Shown: positions 33,135 to 42,790 of the stretch, piece by piece | Layout of the letters: each line of letters starts with the position of its first letter | Position numbering within the stretch: the stretch's first letter is position 1 | Assembly (NCBI GenBank): GCA_965262615.1 | Contig: OZ253545.1 | Coordinates: 960,001 to 1,024,000, forward strand | From: Alphaproteobacteria bacterium | GTDB lineage: Bacteria > Pseudomonadota > Alphaproteobacteria > GM7ARS4 > G965262615 | DNA: 64,000 bases | Reading direction: 5' to 3' | Translations under genes and position numbers: made by a program | The notes under the pieces: model-generated | What the model saw: only the letters and a program-made list of their open reading frames with translations | The model's database searches: none | What the model was told of the DNA's origin: nothing

Positions 33135-34052
33135 ATGACGCAACCACTTGCACCACCTCACAATATTAAGGGAGCTTGCACGGCTTTGGTCACGCCGATG
33201 AATGATGACGGCGTGGATGAGGCGGCGTTTGTGGCTCTGGTGCGCTGGCAGATTGATGAGGGCATTCATGGACTTGTGCCGTGTGGCACGACGGGAGAAT
33301 CGCCCACCTTGTCGCACGATGAGCATCGCCGTGTGATTGAGCTGTGTGTGAGGGAGGTGGCGGGGCGTGTGCCAGTCATTGCGGGGTGTGGTTCTAACAG
33401 CACCGATGAGGCAATTGATTTGGTGCGTCATGCCGAAAAAGTGGGAGCGGATGCGGCTCTGGTGGTGACTCCTTACTACAACAAGCCAAGCCAACGGGGG
33501 CTTTATGAGCATTTTGCGGCGGTGGCGCGAGCATCGTCCCTGCCGCTGATTATTTACAACATTCCCGGGCGGTGCGTGGTGGATATGTCCGTTGCCACCA
33601 TGATGCGGCTGGCGACTGATTTTCCCACAATTGTCGGGGTGAAGGATTCCAGTTGTGACCTCATGCGTCCGCTCTTGTATCGCGCGCATAATTCAGCTCA
33701 GGGCGAGCATGATTTCATTCAGCTGTCCGGTGAGGATGGCACGGCTTTGGCGTTTATGGCTCAGGGGGGTGTGGGATGTATTTCGGTGGCATCCAATGTT
33801 GCGCCGTCTTTGTGTGCCGAGATGTTTGAGCTGTGGTGGGCGGGAGATGTGCGCGAAGCGATGCTTCTCAATGAGCATCTGTGTGTCTTGTATGAGGCGT
33901 TGTTTTTAGAGGGCAATCCCGCACCCACCAAGTATGCCTTGCATCTGATGGGCAAATGTGAGAACACATTGCGGCTGCCTCTGGTGTCCGTCAGCGAGGA
34001 GACGGAACAAAAAATCGCCGTGGTGTTGCAGTCCTTGCAATTGTTTCCATGA
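33135..34052 (+). CDS. dapA: 4-hydroxy-tetrahydrodipicolinate synthase
   Basis: [28 protein letters not shown]. Confidence 0.96.
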   Translation: MTQPLAPPHNIKGACTALVTPMNDDGVDEAAFVALVRWQIDEGIHGLVPCGTTGESPTLSHDEHRRVIELCVREVAGRVPVIAGCGSNSTDEAIDLVRHAEKVGADAALVVTPYYNKPSQRGLYEHFAAVARASSLPLIIYNIPGRCVVDMSVATMMRLATDFPTIVGVKDSSCDLMRPLLYRAHNSAQGEHDFIQLSGEDGTALAFMAQGGVGCISVASNVAPSLCAEMFELWWAGDVREAMLLNEHLCVLYEALFLEGNPAPTKYALHLMGKCENTLRLPLVSVSEETEQKIAVVLQSLQLFP

Positions 34053-34062
34053 AACAGCGAGC

Positions 34063-34545
34063 ATGAAACAGAGAATTGGGCGCGATGTGACGGTGACGGT
34101 CAATCGCAAAGCCCGTCATGACTATGCCATTGAGGAGCAGGTTCAGGCGGGTTTGGTGTTGCTGGGCACGGAGGTGAAATCGTTGCGGGCGGGCAGAGTC
34201 AATTTGAGCGATTCCTACGCGGCAATGCGCGGCAAACAGATGGTGCTGATGAATGCCCACATTGCCCCCTATGACCATGCGTCAAGAGAGCACAACCATG
34301 CGCCGCGGCGCATTCGGGCGTTGCTGCTCACCAAACGGGAGATGAAGCGTCTGGCGGGCGCGGTGACCCAAAAGGGCTTGACTCTGATTCCGCTGTCCAT
34401 TCGCTTTGATGCGAACGGCATCGCTAAGTTGTTGCTGGGCTTGGGCAAGGGACGCAAAAAAGGCGACAAGCGAGAGGCAATCAAACAAAAAGAATGGAAA
34501 CGAAAACAAGGACAGCTTCTGCGCCGCAAAGAGAGGGGAGATTAA
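34063..34545 (+). CDS. smpB: SsrA-binding protein
   Basis: NRKARHDY, GTEVKSLR, GLTLIPL, DKREAIK; start MKQRIG. Confidence 0.96.
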   Translation: MKQRIGRDVTVTVNRKARHDYAIEEQVQAGLVLLGTEVKSLRAGRVNLSDSYAAMRGKQMVLMNAHIAPYDHASREHNHAPRRIRALLLTKREMKRLAGAVTQKGLTLIPLSIRFDANGIAKLLLGLGKGRKKGDKREAIKQKEWKRKQGQLLRRKERGD

Positions 34546-35939
34546 CGGCACAGCAATTGTTGTGCTTCTGATTTATTTTCGATTCTGTCATTGTATTCCA
34601 ATAAATCGCAAGGTGTGTCACCAGCTTTGTCTTTGGCATGAATATCTGCTCCTGCGTTGATGAAGTCTTTGATGTCTACTCCATATACGGCATTTGATGC
34701 AGCAAAATGAAGTGGTGTTTCCTCATTGTTGTTTTTGGCATTAATCTCTGCTCCTGCACTGATGAGATTATTGATGATTCCTCCATGTACGGCATTATTT
34801 GATGCAGCATAATGAAGTGGTGTTTCACCACTGTTGTTTTTGGCATTGATATCTGCTCCTGCCTTGATGAGCTCTCTGATGCGCTCAGTATTGTCAGCGT
34901 CAAGATAGATGGGGGGGTCGGATTCAAGGACAAAGTCGTAGTTATGGGATTCAACAGAGATATGAAGTGGTGTTTTCCCATATTCGTCTTTGGCATTGAT
35001 ATCTGCTCCTGCCTTGAGGAGTTCTTTGATGACTCCAACGCTACCATTGTCTGCAGCAGCCTTATGAAGTGGTGTTTCACCATCGTTGTTTTTGGCATGA
35101 ATGTCTGCTCCTGCACCGATGAGTTCTTTGATGATTTGAATATTGCCTTTAGCAGCAAAATGAAGTGGTGTTTCACCATCGTTGTTTTTGGCATTAACAT
35201 CTGCTCCTGCGTTGATGAATTCTTTGATGACCTGAACATTATCATTGTCTTCAGCGTCATGAAGTGGTGTTTCACCATCGTTGTTTTTGGCATTAACATC
35301 TGCTCCTGCGTTGATGAGTTCTTTGATGACATCAGCATTGTCATTGTGTTCAGCAGCTAGGTGAAGTGGTGTTTCACCATCGTTGTTTTTGGCATTAACA
35401 TCCGCTCCTGCGTTGATGAGTTCTTTGATGACATCAGCATTGTCGCTGTTTTCAGCAGCCTCATGAAGTGGTGTTTCACCATCGTTGTTTTTGGCATTAA
35501 CATCTGCTCCTGCCTTGATAAGTTCTTTGATGACTTGAGCATTGTCACTGAATACAGTAGCCAAAGCAAGTGGTGTCCTACCCCATTTGTTTTTGGCATG
35601 AATGTTTGCTCCTGCTTTGATGAGTTCTTTGATGACCTGAGCATTATCGTTCAATGTAGAAGCATAATGAAGAGCTGTCCAGCCATCATCATCTTTGGCA
35701 TTGACATCCACACCCGCCGCTATAAATTCTCGCAATCGCGAAGGCGTTAAATCAGCCCATTGATTTTTAACATAATTCCAGTCACCTTTGATTAAGCGTT
35801 GCCAATGACCTCTGGCGTAGGCATTATCCCAGTCACCTTCAACCATGCGTTGCCATTTTTGAGAGGGAGAGTCGCCGCCACTGATGGCGGGGGTGGTGGC
35901 GATGGTCAAAACAAGGGCAATAAAAATCCACGGCTTCAT
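34542..35939 (-). CDS. Secreted ankyrin-repeat protein ANK1 (465 aa)
   Basis: Signal MKPWIFIALVLTIATTPA; about 11 TPLH repeats; PCDLL...LLCR cap. Confidence 0.92.
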   Translation of the reverse strand: MKPWIFIALVLTIATTPAISGGDSPSQKWQRMVEGDWDNAYARGHWQRLIKGDWNYVKNQWADLTPSRLREFIAAGVDVNAKDDDGWTALHYASTLNDNAQVIKELIKAGANIHAKNKWGRTPLALATVFSDNAQVIKELIKAGADVNAKNNDGETPLHEAAENSDNADVIKELINAGADVNAKNNDGETPLHLAAEHNDNADVIKELINAGADVNAKNNDGETPLHDAEDNDNVQVIKEFINAGADVNAKNNDGETPLHFAAKGNIQIIKELIGAGADIHAKNNDGETPLHKAAADNGSVGVIKELLKAGADINAKDEYGKTPLHISVESHNYDFVLESDPPIYLDADNTERIRELIKAGADINAKNNSGETPLHYAASNNAVHGGIINNLISAGAEINAKNNNEETPLHFAASNAVYGVDIKDFINAGADIHAKDKAGDTPCDLLEYNDRIENKSEAQQLLCR

Positions 35940-36013
35940 TTTTCAATCCTTCATGGGATGCTTGGCATGGACTTTACCATCCAATCGGCTATGAGGTCAA
36001 TATCAAGCTGTGC

Positions 36014-36117
36014 TGGGCAAGGGACGCAAAAAAGGCGACAAGCGAGAGGCAATCAAACAAAAAGAATGGAAACGAAAACAAGGACAGCTTTTGCGCCGCC
36101 GTGAAAGAGGCGACTAA
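36014..36117 (+). repeat. Duplicated 3' end of smpB
   Basis: 36014-36090 identical to 34442-34518, then LRRRERGD-stop versus LRRKERGD-stop. Confidence 0.92.
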
Positions 36118-37628
36118 GGGCAGAGCAATCTCTGTGCTTCTGGGTTATCTTGGAGTTGGTCATTGAATAACAATAAATCGCAAGGTGTGTCACCAGCTTT
36201 GTCTTTGGCATGAATATCTGCTCCTGCGTTGATGAGATTATTGATGATTCCTCCATGTACGGCATTATTTGATGCAGCATAATGAAGTGGTGTTTCACCA
36301 CTGTTGTTTTTGGCATTCATGTCTGCTCCTGCCTTGATGAACTCTCTGATGAGAGAAGCTTTGTCCTTGTCAACATAGATGGGGGGATTGGTGTAATATT
36401 CAAAGTTGAAGTCATGGGATTTAACAGCGAGATGAAGTGGCGTTTCCCCAATTTTGTTTTTGGCATGAATGTCAGCCCCTGCGTTGATGAGTTCTTTGAC
36501 GACATTGACGATAGCTGGATTGTTTTCGAATCCGATGCACGCCGTCTCGTCCCAATTTTCCTCGCACCAATTTTCATTTCTTGTCGTATCATGAAGTGGT
36601 GTGTCACCATCGTTGTTTTTGGCATTCATGTCTGCTCCTGCCTTGATGAGTTCTTTGATGATATGAGGATTGTCATTGTTTGAAGCAGCAAAATGAAGTG
36701 GTGTGCCACCAACGATGTTTTTGGCATGGATGTTTGCTCCTGCGTTGATGAGTTCTTTGATGACCTGAGCATTGCCATTGTATGAAGCGGCAGAATGAAG
36801 TAGTGTCCAGTCATCATCAGCTTTGGCATTGACATCTGCTCCTGCCTTGATGAGTTCTTTGGTGACCTGAGCATTGCCATTTAATTTAGCAGCTCGATAA
36901 AGTGGTGTGAAGCCATCGTTGTTTTTGGCATGAATGTCTGCTCCTGCTTTGATGAGTTCTGTGATGACCTGAGGATTGTCATTGTTTCCAGCAGCAAAAT
37001 GAAGTGGTATGTTCCCATATTCGTCTTTGGCACGAATGTCTGCTCCAGCCTTGATGAGTTCTTTGATGATTTCAACATTTTTATTCCGTTCAGCAGCATA
37101 ATGAAGTGGTGTTTCATCATCGCTGTCTCTGGCATGAATGTCTGCCCCTGCCTTGATGAGTTCTCTGATCACCTCAATGCTTGTATTCCACCGTGCAGCT
37201 AGATGAAGTGGTGTTTCACCCCAGTTGTTTTTGGCATTCATGTCTGCTCCTGCACCGATGAGTTCTTTGATGACCTGAGCATTGCCATTGTCTGCAGCAG
37301 CAAAATGAAGCGGTGTCCTGCCCACTCTGTTTTTGTCATGAATGTTTGCTCCTGCCTTGATGAGTTCTTTGATGACATCGGCATTGTCATTGTGTATAGC
37401 AGCTTTATGAAGTGGTGTGTCCCAAAAGTGGTCTTTGGCATTGACATTGATACCTGCCGCTATAAAGTTCCGCAACTGCTCTATCGTTAAATCAGTCCAT
37501 TGGTTTCTAACATCATCCCAGTCACTTTCAATCATGTGCTGCCATTTTTGAGAGGGAGAGTCGCCACCACTGATGGCGGGGGTGGTGGCGATGGTCAAAA
37601 CAAGGGCAATAAAAATCCACTTCTTCAT
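36114..37628 (-). CDS. Secreted ankyrin-repeat protein ANK2 (504 aa)
   Basis: Same signal and caps; repeats with two inserted loops. Confidence 0.92.
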   Translation of the reverse strand: MKKWIFIALVLTIATTPAISGGDSPSQKWQHMIESDWDDVRNQWTDLTIEQLRNFIAAGINVNAKDHFWDTPLHKAAIHNDNADVIKELIKAGANIHDKNRVGRTPLHFAAADNGNAQVIKELIGAGADMNAKNNWGETPLHLAARWNTSIEVIRELIKAGADIHARDSDDETPLHYAAERNKNVEIIKELIKAGADIRAKDEYGNIPLHFAAGNNDNPQVITELIKAGADIHAKNNDGFTPLYRAAKLNGNAQVTKELIKAGADVNAKADDDWTLLHSAASYNGNAQVIKELINAGANIHAKNIVGGTPLHFAASNNDNPHIIKELIKAGADMNAKNNDGDTPLHDTTRNENWCEENWDETACIGFENNPAIVNVVKELINAGADIHAKNKIGETPLHLAVKSHDFNFEYYTNPPIYVDKDKASLIREFIKAGADMNAKNNSGETPLHYAASNNAVHGGIINNLINAGADIHAKDKAGDTPCDLLLFNDQLQDNPEAQRLLCP

Positions 37629-37664
37629 TTTTCAATTCCTCAAGAGGCTTTGGCAAGCGCGGGT

Positions 37665-37692
37665 ATTATAACACAATTAGATATCAAAGTAA
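37665..37692 (-). promoter_or_regulatory. Sigma70-type promoter of ANK genes (also 41055-41083 and 42717-42745)
   Basis: TTACTT-N16-TATAAT; TTGCTT-N17-GATAAT; TTGCTT-N17-TACAAT; all with TG extended -10. Confidence 0.6.
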
Positions 37693-37739
37693 TGTCCCGT
37701 TGTGAGGCACGAGACGATTTCGCGCGCACGAATTACGAA

Positions 37740-38942
37740 TTAACGGCACAACAATTTCTTTGCTTCTGAATTATCTTGGAGTTCGTCATTGTATAACAAT
37801 AAATCGCAAGGTGTGTCACCATCGTTGTCTTTTGCATGAATGTTTGCTCCTGCATTGGTGAGTTCTTTGATGAGATTGACGAGATTGACGACAGCTGGAT
37901 TGGGAATTTCAAATGGAATGCAAAAACCTTCCTCGTAACTCGCGCACAACTTGTCATCTCTTGCAGCAGCTCGATGAAGTGGTGTTTTACCCTCATTGTC
38001 TTTTGCATGAATGTTTGCTCCTGCATTGATGAGTTCTTTGATGACATGAGCATTGTCATTATTTGTAGCAGCAGCATGAAGTGGTGTGTTATCATAGTCG
38101 TCTTTGGCATGGATGTCTGCTCCTGCATTGATGAGTTCTTTGATGATATGAGGATTATCATTTAAAAAAGCAGCCTCATGAAGTGGTGTGTCACCCCCGT
38201 TGTCTTTGGCATGAATGTCTGCTTCGGCATTGATGAGTTCTTTGATGACCTGAGGATTGCCATTGTTTGAAGCAGCCTCATGAAGTGGTGTGCTACCGTA
38301 GCTTTCTTTGGCATGAATGTCTGCTCCCGCTTTGATGAGTTCTTGGATGACATAAAAACTGTCATCTCTTGCAGCAGCTCGATGAAGTGGTGTTTCATCC
38401 TCATTGTTTTTGGCATGAATGTCTGCTCCCATTTTGATGAGTTCCCTGATGACCTGAACATTGTCATTGGATGCAGCAGCGTCATGAAGTGGTGTTTGAC
38501 CAAAATAATTTTTGGCATGAATGTCTGCTCCTGCCTTGATGAGCTCCTTGATTACCTCAACGCTTTCATTATTGCGTACAGCAGCATGAAGTGGTGTGGT
38601 ATCCCAGATGCCTTTGGCATGAATATCTGCTCCTGCCTTGATGAATTCTTTGATGACCTGAGCATTGCCATTGTACTCAGCAGCGTGATGAAGTGCTGTC
38701 CAACCATTGTCTTCGGCATTGATATTGACACCCGCCGCTATAAATTGTCGCAATCGCGAAGGTGTTAAAGTAGCCCATCGGCTTTCAACAACATACCAGT
38801 CACCTTCAACCATGTGCTGCCACTGCTTTCTGGCGTAGGCATCTTGTAGTTGTTGGTCTTCTTGTTGCTGAGAAAAAGAGTCACCACTGGCGATGGTCAA
38901 AGCAAGAGCAATAAAAATCCAATGTTTTGTTTGCAATATCAT
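37740..38942 (-). CDS. Secreted ankyrin-repeat protein ANK3 (400 aa)
   Basis: WIFIALALTIA signal; TPLH repeats; CASYEEGFC loop. Confidence 0.92.
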   Translation of the reverse strand: MILQTKHWIFIALALTIASGDSFSQQQEDQQLQDAYARKQWQHMVEGDWYVVESRWATLTPSRLRQFIAAGVNINAEDNGWTALHHAAEYNGNAQVIKEFIKAGADIHAKGIWDTTPLHAAVRNNESVEVIKELIKAGADIHAKNYFGQTPLHDAAASNDNVQVIRELIKMGADIHAKNNEDETPLHRAAARDDSFYVIQELIKAGADIHAKESYGSTPLHEAASNNGNPQVIKELINAEADIHAKDNGGDTPLHEAAFLNDNPHIIKELINAGADIHAKDDYDNTPLHAAATNNDNAHVIKELINAGANIHAKDNEGKTPLHRAAARDDKLCASYEEGFCIPFEIPNPAVVNLVNLIKELTNAGANIHAKDNDGDTPCDLLLYNDELQDNSEAKKLLCR

Positions 38943-38981
38943 AATTCAATCCTATAATAATTCGGACGGAGGAAAAAGACA

Positions 38982-39560
38982 ATGAGTGGACAAAACAAAG
39001 CTGCATCTTCAGTTTTACGGCATATTCTAGTATGGCTTTTGATTATCAGTTCAATTGTTGGAATTATTTTGCTGGTGGATTTTCTTCTTACTTCAAAGCA
39101 GGATCTTTTTGTTGGCTTATTGGCAGGGCTTGTGCCAACTGTCGTAACCATTTGGCAGTATAAACAACAAACTAAACGGGAGCATGAACAGTGGTTGCTT
39201 CGAAACCGTGATGCTTTTATGATTGAAATTATCAATATTTTTGTCTCTATGTTGGATAGAAAAGACAAAACTGATTCTGAACAAGAACAAAAGGAACTTT
39301 TAGAAAGAGTTAGAGCTTTGCGACCCGCTCTTCTCGCTCATGCACCCCCCTCAACATTAAAGGCGTATACAGCATTGCAGGATTTATCAGGGAAGAACGT
39401 TATGAGGGAGGGTGAGCGATTTTTTAGAGCAATTCGCAGTGATTTGGGTCATGATGATAGCCAATTAAGACCTGGTGAGGTATGGGGCACTCTTCTTGAT
39501 GAGGAAGGCAGAAAAGAAATTTTGCGAGCCTGCAGGGGCGAAAAATACGATGACTTATAA
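38982..39560 (+). CDS. Hypothetical protein with two N-terminal TM helices (192 aa)
   Basis: SD GGAGG, two hydrophobic segments, helical C-domain; AT-rich; opposite strand to the array. Confidence 0.75.
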   Translation: MSGQNKAASSVLRHILVWLLIISSIVGIILLVDFLLTSKQDLFVGLLAGLVPTVVTIWQYKQQTKREHEQWLLRNRDAFMIEIINIFVSMLDRKDKTDSEQEQKELLERVRALRPALLAHAPPSTLKAYTALQDLSGKNVMREGERFFRAIRSDLGHDDSQLRPGEVWGTLLDEEGRKEILRACRGEKYDDL

Positions 39561-39708
39561 AAAGTAAGCAAATCATCGTCTGTTCATCTCATCAATCCTT
39601 CATGTGATGCTTGGCATGAACGGATTCTACCATCCAATTGGCTATCAAAGCAATGCCCCGTTGTGAGGCATGAGACGATTGCGCGCGCCCGCGTCGCGCG
39701 GCAACAAA

Positions 39709-41019
39709 TTAACGGCATAGCATTTTCTTTGCTTTTGATTTATTTTTGAGGTCGTCATTGTGTTCCAATAAATCGCAAGGTGTGAGTCCATTGTCGGTTC
39801 TGGCATGAATGTTTGCTCCTGCATTGATGAGTTCCTTGATGGTATGAGCATTGCCATTGAGTAATGCAGCAACATGAAGCGGTGTGTAGCCACCGTTGTT
39901 TTTGGCATGAAGATTTGCTCCTGCTTTGGCGATTTCCCTGATTGCCTCAACGCTTTCATCAACGAGTGCGGCGATATGAAGTGGTGTGCCGCCCTTGTTG
40001 TCTTTGGCATTGAGGTCTGTTCCCGCTCTGATGAGTTCCCTGATCATTTCAATTTTGTTATTATTGTTGAGTGCAACAGCGATATGAAGCGGTGTGTAAC
40101 CGGTGTTCTCTTTGGCATTAAGATTTGCTCCTGCTTTGGTGAGTTCCCTGATCATCTCAATGTTGTTGTTATTGTTGAGTGCAACAGCAATATGAAGCGG
40201 TGTGTAACCGGTGTTATCTATGGCATGAACATTTGCTCCTGCTTTGGTGAGCTCTCTGATCAACTCGCTTTTGTTAGTGGATGCAACAGCATGAAGCGGT
40301 GTGAAACCTCTGATGTTTTTGGCATGCACATCTGCTTTTGCGTTGATCAGTTCCCTGATTACCTCAATGCTTTCATTAATAAATATCGCGACATGAAGTG
40401 GTGAGTCATCATTGTTGTCTTCGGCATGAATATTTGCTCCTGCCTTGATGAGTTCCTTGATGACATGAGGATTGTTATTGCTCGCGGCGGCAATATGAAG
40501 TGGTGTGAAACCACTGTCGCTTTTGGCATGAATATCCGCTCCTGCCCCGATGAGTTCCTTGATGGCATGGGGATTGTCATTGAGTAATGCCGCAATATGA
40601 AGAGGTGTGAAACCGTTGTCATTGACGGCACAAACATCCGCTCCTGCATTGATGAGTTCCTTGAAGGCATGGGCATGACCATTTTTTATAGCAACATGAT
40701 GAAGCGGTGTGTTGCCAATGTTATTTTGGGCATTGATATCTGCGCCCGCTTTGATGAGCTCCTTGATGACATGAGCATGGACATTAAATGCAACAGTGAC
40801 ATGAAGTGGCGTGTTGCCCTCTTTATCTCTCATGTTGATATTCACGCCTGCTGCTGTAAATTGTCGCAATCGCGACGGTGTTAAATCACGCCACTGATTT
40901 TTAACATAATTCCAGTCACTTTTGACCATGAGCCGCCAATGAGTTCTCCGAGACAAAGACCTGCCAACGCGCATGGCAGTGGCGGTCAAAGCAAGAGCAC
41001 TACGAATCCACCTCTTCAT
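39709..41019 (-). CDS. Ankyrin-repeat protein ANK4 (436 aa) with altered signal peptide
   Basis: TPLH repeats and PCDLL..MLCR cap; signal contains Arg substitutions (MKRWIRSALAL). Confidence 0.9.
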   Translation of the reverse strand: MKRWIRSALALTATAMRVGRSLSRRTHWRLMVKSDWNYVKNQWRDLTPSRLRQFTAAGVNINMRDKEGNTPLHVTVAFNVHAHVIKELIKAGADINAQNNIGNTPLHHVAIKNGHAHAFKELINAGADVCAVNDNGFTPLHIAALLNDNPHAIKELIGAGADIHAKSDSGFTPLHIAAASNNNPHVIKELIKAGANIHAEDNNDDSPLHVAIFINESIEVIRELINAKADVHAKNIRGFTPLHAVASTNKSELIRELTKAGANVHAIDNTGYTPLHIAVALNNNNNIEMIRELTKAGANLNAKENTGYTPLHIAVALNNNNKIEMIRELIRAGTDLNAKDNKGGTPLHIAALVDESVEAIREIAKAGANLHAKNNGGYTPLHVAALLNGNAHTIKELINAGANIHARTDNGLTPCDLLEHNDDLKNKSKAKKMLCR

Positions 41020-41129
41020 TTTTCAATCCTCAAGAGGTTTTGGAAAGAATGAACATTATCACACAATTGAGATATCAAAGCAATGGAAAGGCACGAGACG
41101 ATTGCGCGGCATCTATGAACACTCAATTC

Positions 41130-41735
41130 TCAATTTTCCAGTATTAGATTTTCGGCTTCGCGGCTGTTTCTGAGGGCATTGTTTTGCAACAAGAATTCAT
41201 AGACTCTTTTTCCGTTGTTGTCTCGGGCGTAGGTGCGTGCGCCGGCGAGGATGAGGGTGCGTAGCACCGCCACATTGCTGTTGGAACGAGCGGCGACATG
41301 AAGAGGCGTTCTGCCCCATCCCGTGCGAGCGCGAACGCTTGCTCCCGCCGCAATGAGGCGTTTGGTGACATTGACATCAGAATTCATCGCCGCCGCCCAA
41401 TGCAAGGGCGTGTAGCCACTACCGTCTGTGCGTGTGAGAGATGCCCCCGCCTTGAGAAGCGCATCTATGGTTTTCACATCGCCATAGCCGGCAGCCCAAT
41501 GGATGGCGGCGGAGCGATCCTCACGGTAGATGGTGTGAATATCCGCACCGTCTTGAATAAGTCTTTTCGTCCAGTTGGTTGTGCCTTTGCGGATGGATTC
41601 ATGCAGCGGCGGCACGACATCCACCCCAATGTATCTATTTTTGAGACGCTCCATGAACTGAGCACAGCCGGTAAGAGTCACCGCCGCCATAAAAACAAAA
41701 ACAAAGCGAAAGAGATGAGTCAAGCGGTAATTCAT
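41130..41735 (-). CDS. Ankyrin-repeat lipoprotein ANK5 (about 201 aa)
   Basis: Start MNYRL, lipobox LTGC, about 4 ankyrin repeats; the ORF-track 5' extension is a shifted frame over ANK6. Confidence 0.82.
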   Translation of the reverse strand: MNYRLTHLFRFVFVFMAAVTLTGCAQFMERLKNRYIGVDVVPPLHESIRKGTTNWTKRLIQDGADIHTIYREDRSAAIHWAAGYGDVKTIDALLKAGASLTRTDGSGYTPLHWAAAMNSDVNVTKRLIAAGASVRARTGWGRTPLHVAARSNSNVAVLRTLILAGARTYARDNNGKRVYEFLLQNNALRNSREAENLILEN

Positions 41736-41826
41736 TGGTTCAATTCCTTGTAGAATGGTTACCTTTAGGCAAGGTGAATGACAAAAGGAAGAGGTGAGCG
41801 TTCTCGCGCCGCCGTGAAAGAGGCGA

Positions 41827-42681
41827 TTAACGGCACAGAAATTGTCGTGCTTGTGAATTATTTTTGAGTTTGCGACTGTCTGCCAACTTGTCGCAAGGTG
41901 TGCTACCAAGGATGTCTTTGGCATGGATGTCTGCTCCTGCACTGATGAGTTCTTTGATGACTTCAATGCTTCCATTATGTATTGTAGCAGAATGAAGAGG
42001 TGTGCTACCAAAGATGTCTTTGGCATGAATATCTGCTCCTGCACTGATGAGTTCTTTGATGACATAAAAATTGCCATTGAATATAGCAGCATTATGAAGT
42101 GGTGTTTTCCCCCTCCTGCCTTTTTTGGCATTGACATCTGCTCCTGCCTTGATGAGTTCTCTGATGACCTGAACATCGTCATTGCGTGTCGCAGCCTCAT
42201 GAAGTGGTGTGTTACCAAAGATGTCTTTGGCATTAATGTCTACTCCTGCCTTGACGAGTTCTTTGATGACATCAGCATTGTCATCGTCTTTAGCAACATC
42301 ATGAAGAGGTGTGCGACCATTTTTGTCTTTGACATTAACATCTGCTCCTGCCTTGATGAGTTCTTTGATGACATGGGGATTGTAATTTAAGAAAGCAGCT
42401 CGATGAAGTGGTGTCTCATCATCATCGTCTTTGGCATTAATGTCTGCTCCTGCCTTGATGAGTTCTTTGATGACATCAACATTGTCATTGAGTGCAGCAA
42501 CATGAAGAGGTGTTTCACCATTGTTGTTTTTGGCATTAATGTCTGCTCCTGCCTTGATGAGTTTTTTGACGGATTGAGGATAGTCAATGGAAGCAGCATC
42601 ATGAAGTGGTGTGTTGCCAACGCCGATGGCGGGGGTGGTGGTGATGGTCAAAGCAAGAGCAATAAAAATAAGCTGTTTCAT
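41827..42681 (-). CDS. Secreted ankyrin-repeat protein ANK6 (284 aa)
   Basis: Signal MKQLIFIALALTITTTPA; repeats; PCDKL..FLCR cap. Confidence 0.92.
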   Translation of the reverse strand: MKQLIFIALALTITTTPAIGVGNTPLHDAASIDYPQSVKKLIKAGADINAKNNNGETPLHVAALNDNVDVIKELIKAGADINAKDDDDETPLHRAAFLNYNPHVIKELIKAGADVNVKDKNGRTPLHDVAKDDDNADVIKELVKAGVDINAKDIFGNTPLHEAATRNDDVQVIRELIKAGADVNAKKGRRGKTPLHNAAIFNGNFYVIKELISAGADIHAKDIFGSTPLHSATIHNGSIEVIKELISAGADIHAKDILGSTPCDKLADSRKLKNNSQARQFLCR

Positions 42682-42790
42682 TTTTCAATCCTCAAGAGGT
42701 TTTGGAAAGAACGAACATTGTAACACAATTGAGATATCAAAGCAATGGAAAGGCACGAGACGATTCCTCGCACCGCCGTGAAAGAGGGGA

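Noticed and set aside
41736-42233. 5' extension of the 367-aa ORF 41130-42233
   Set aside because: Overlaps ANK6 in another frame; the lipoprotein start is at 41735.
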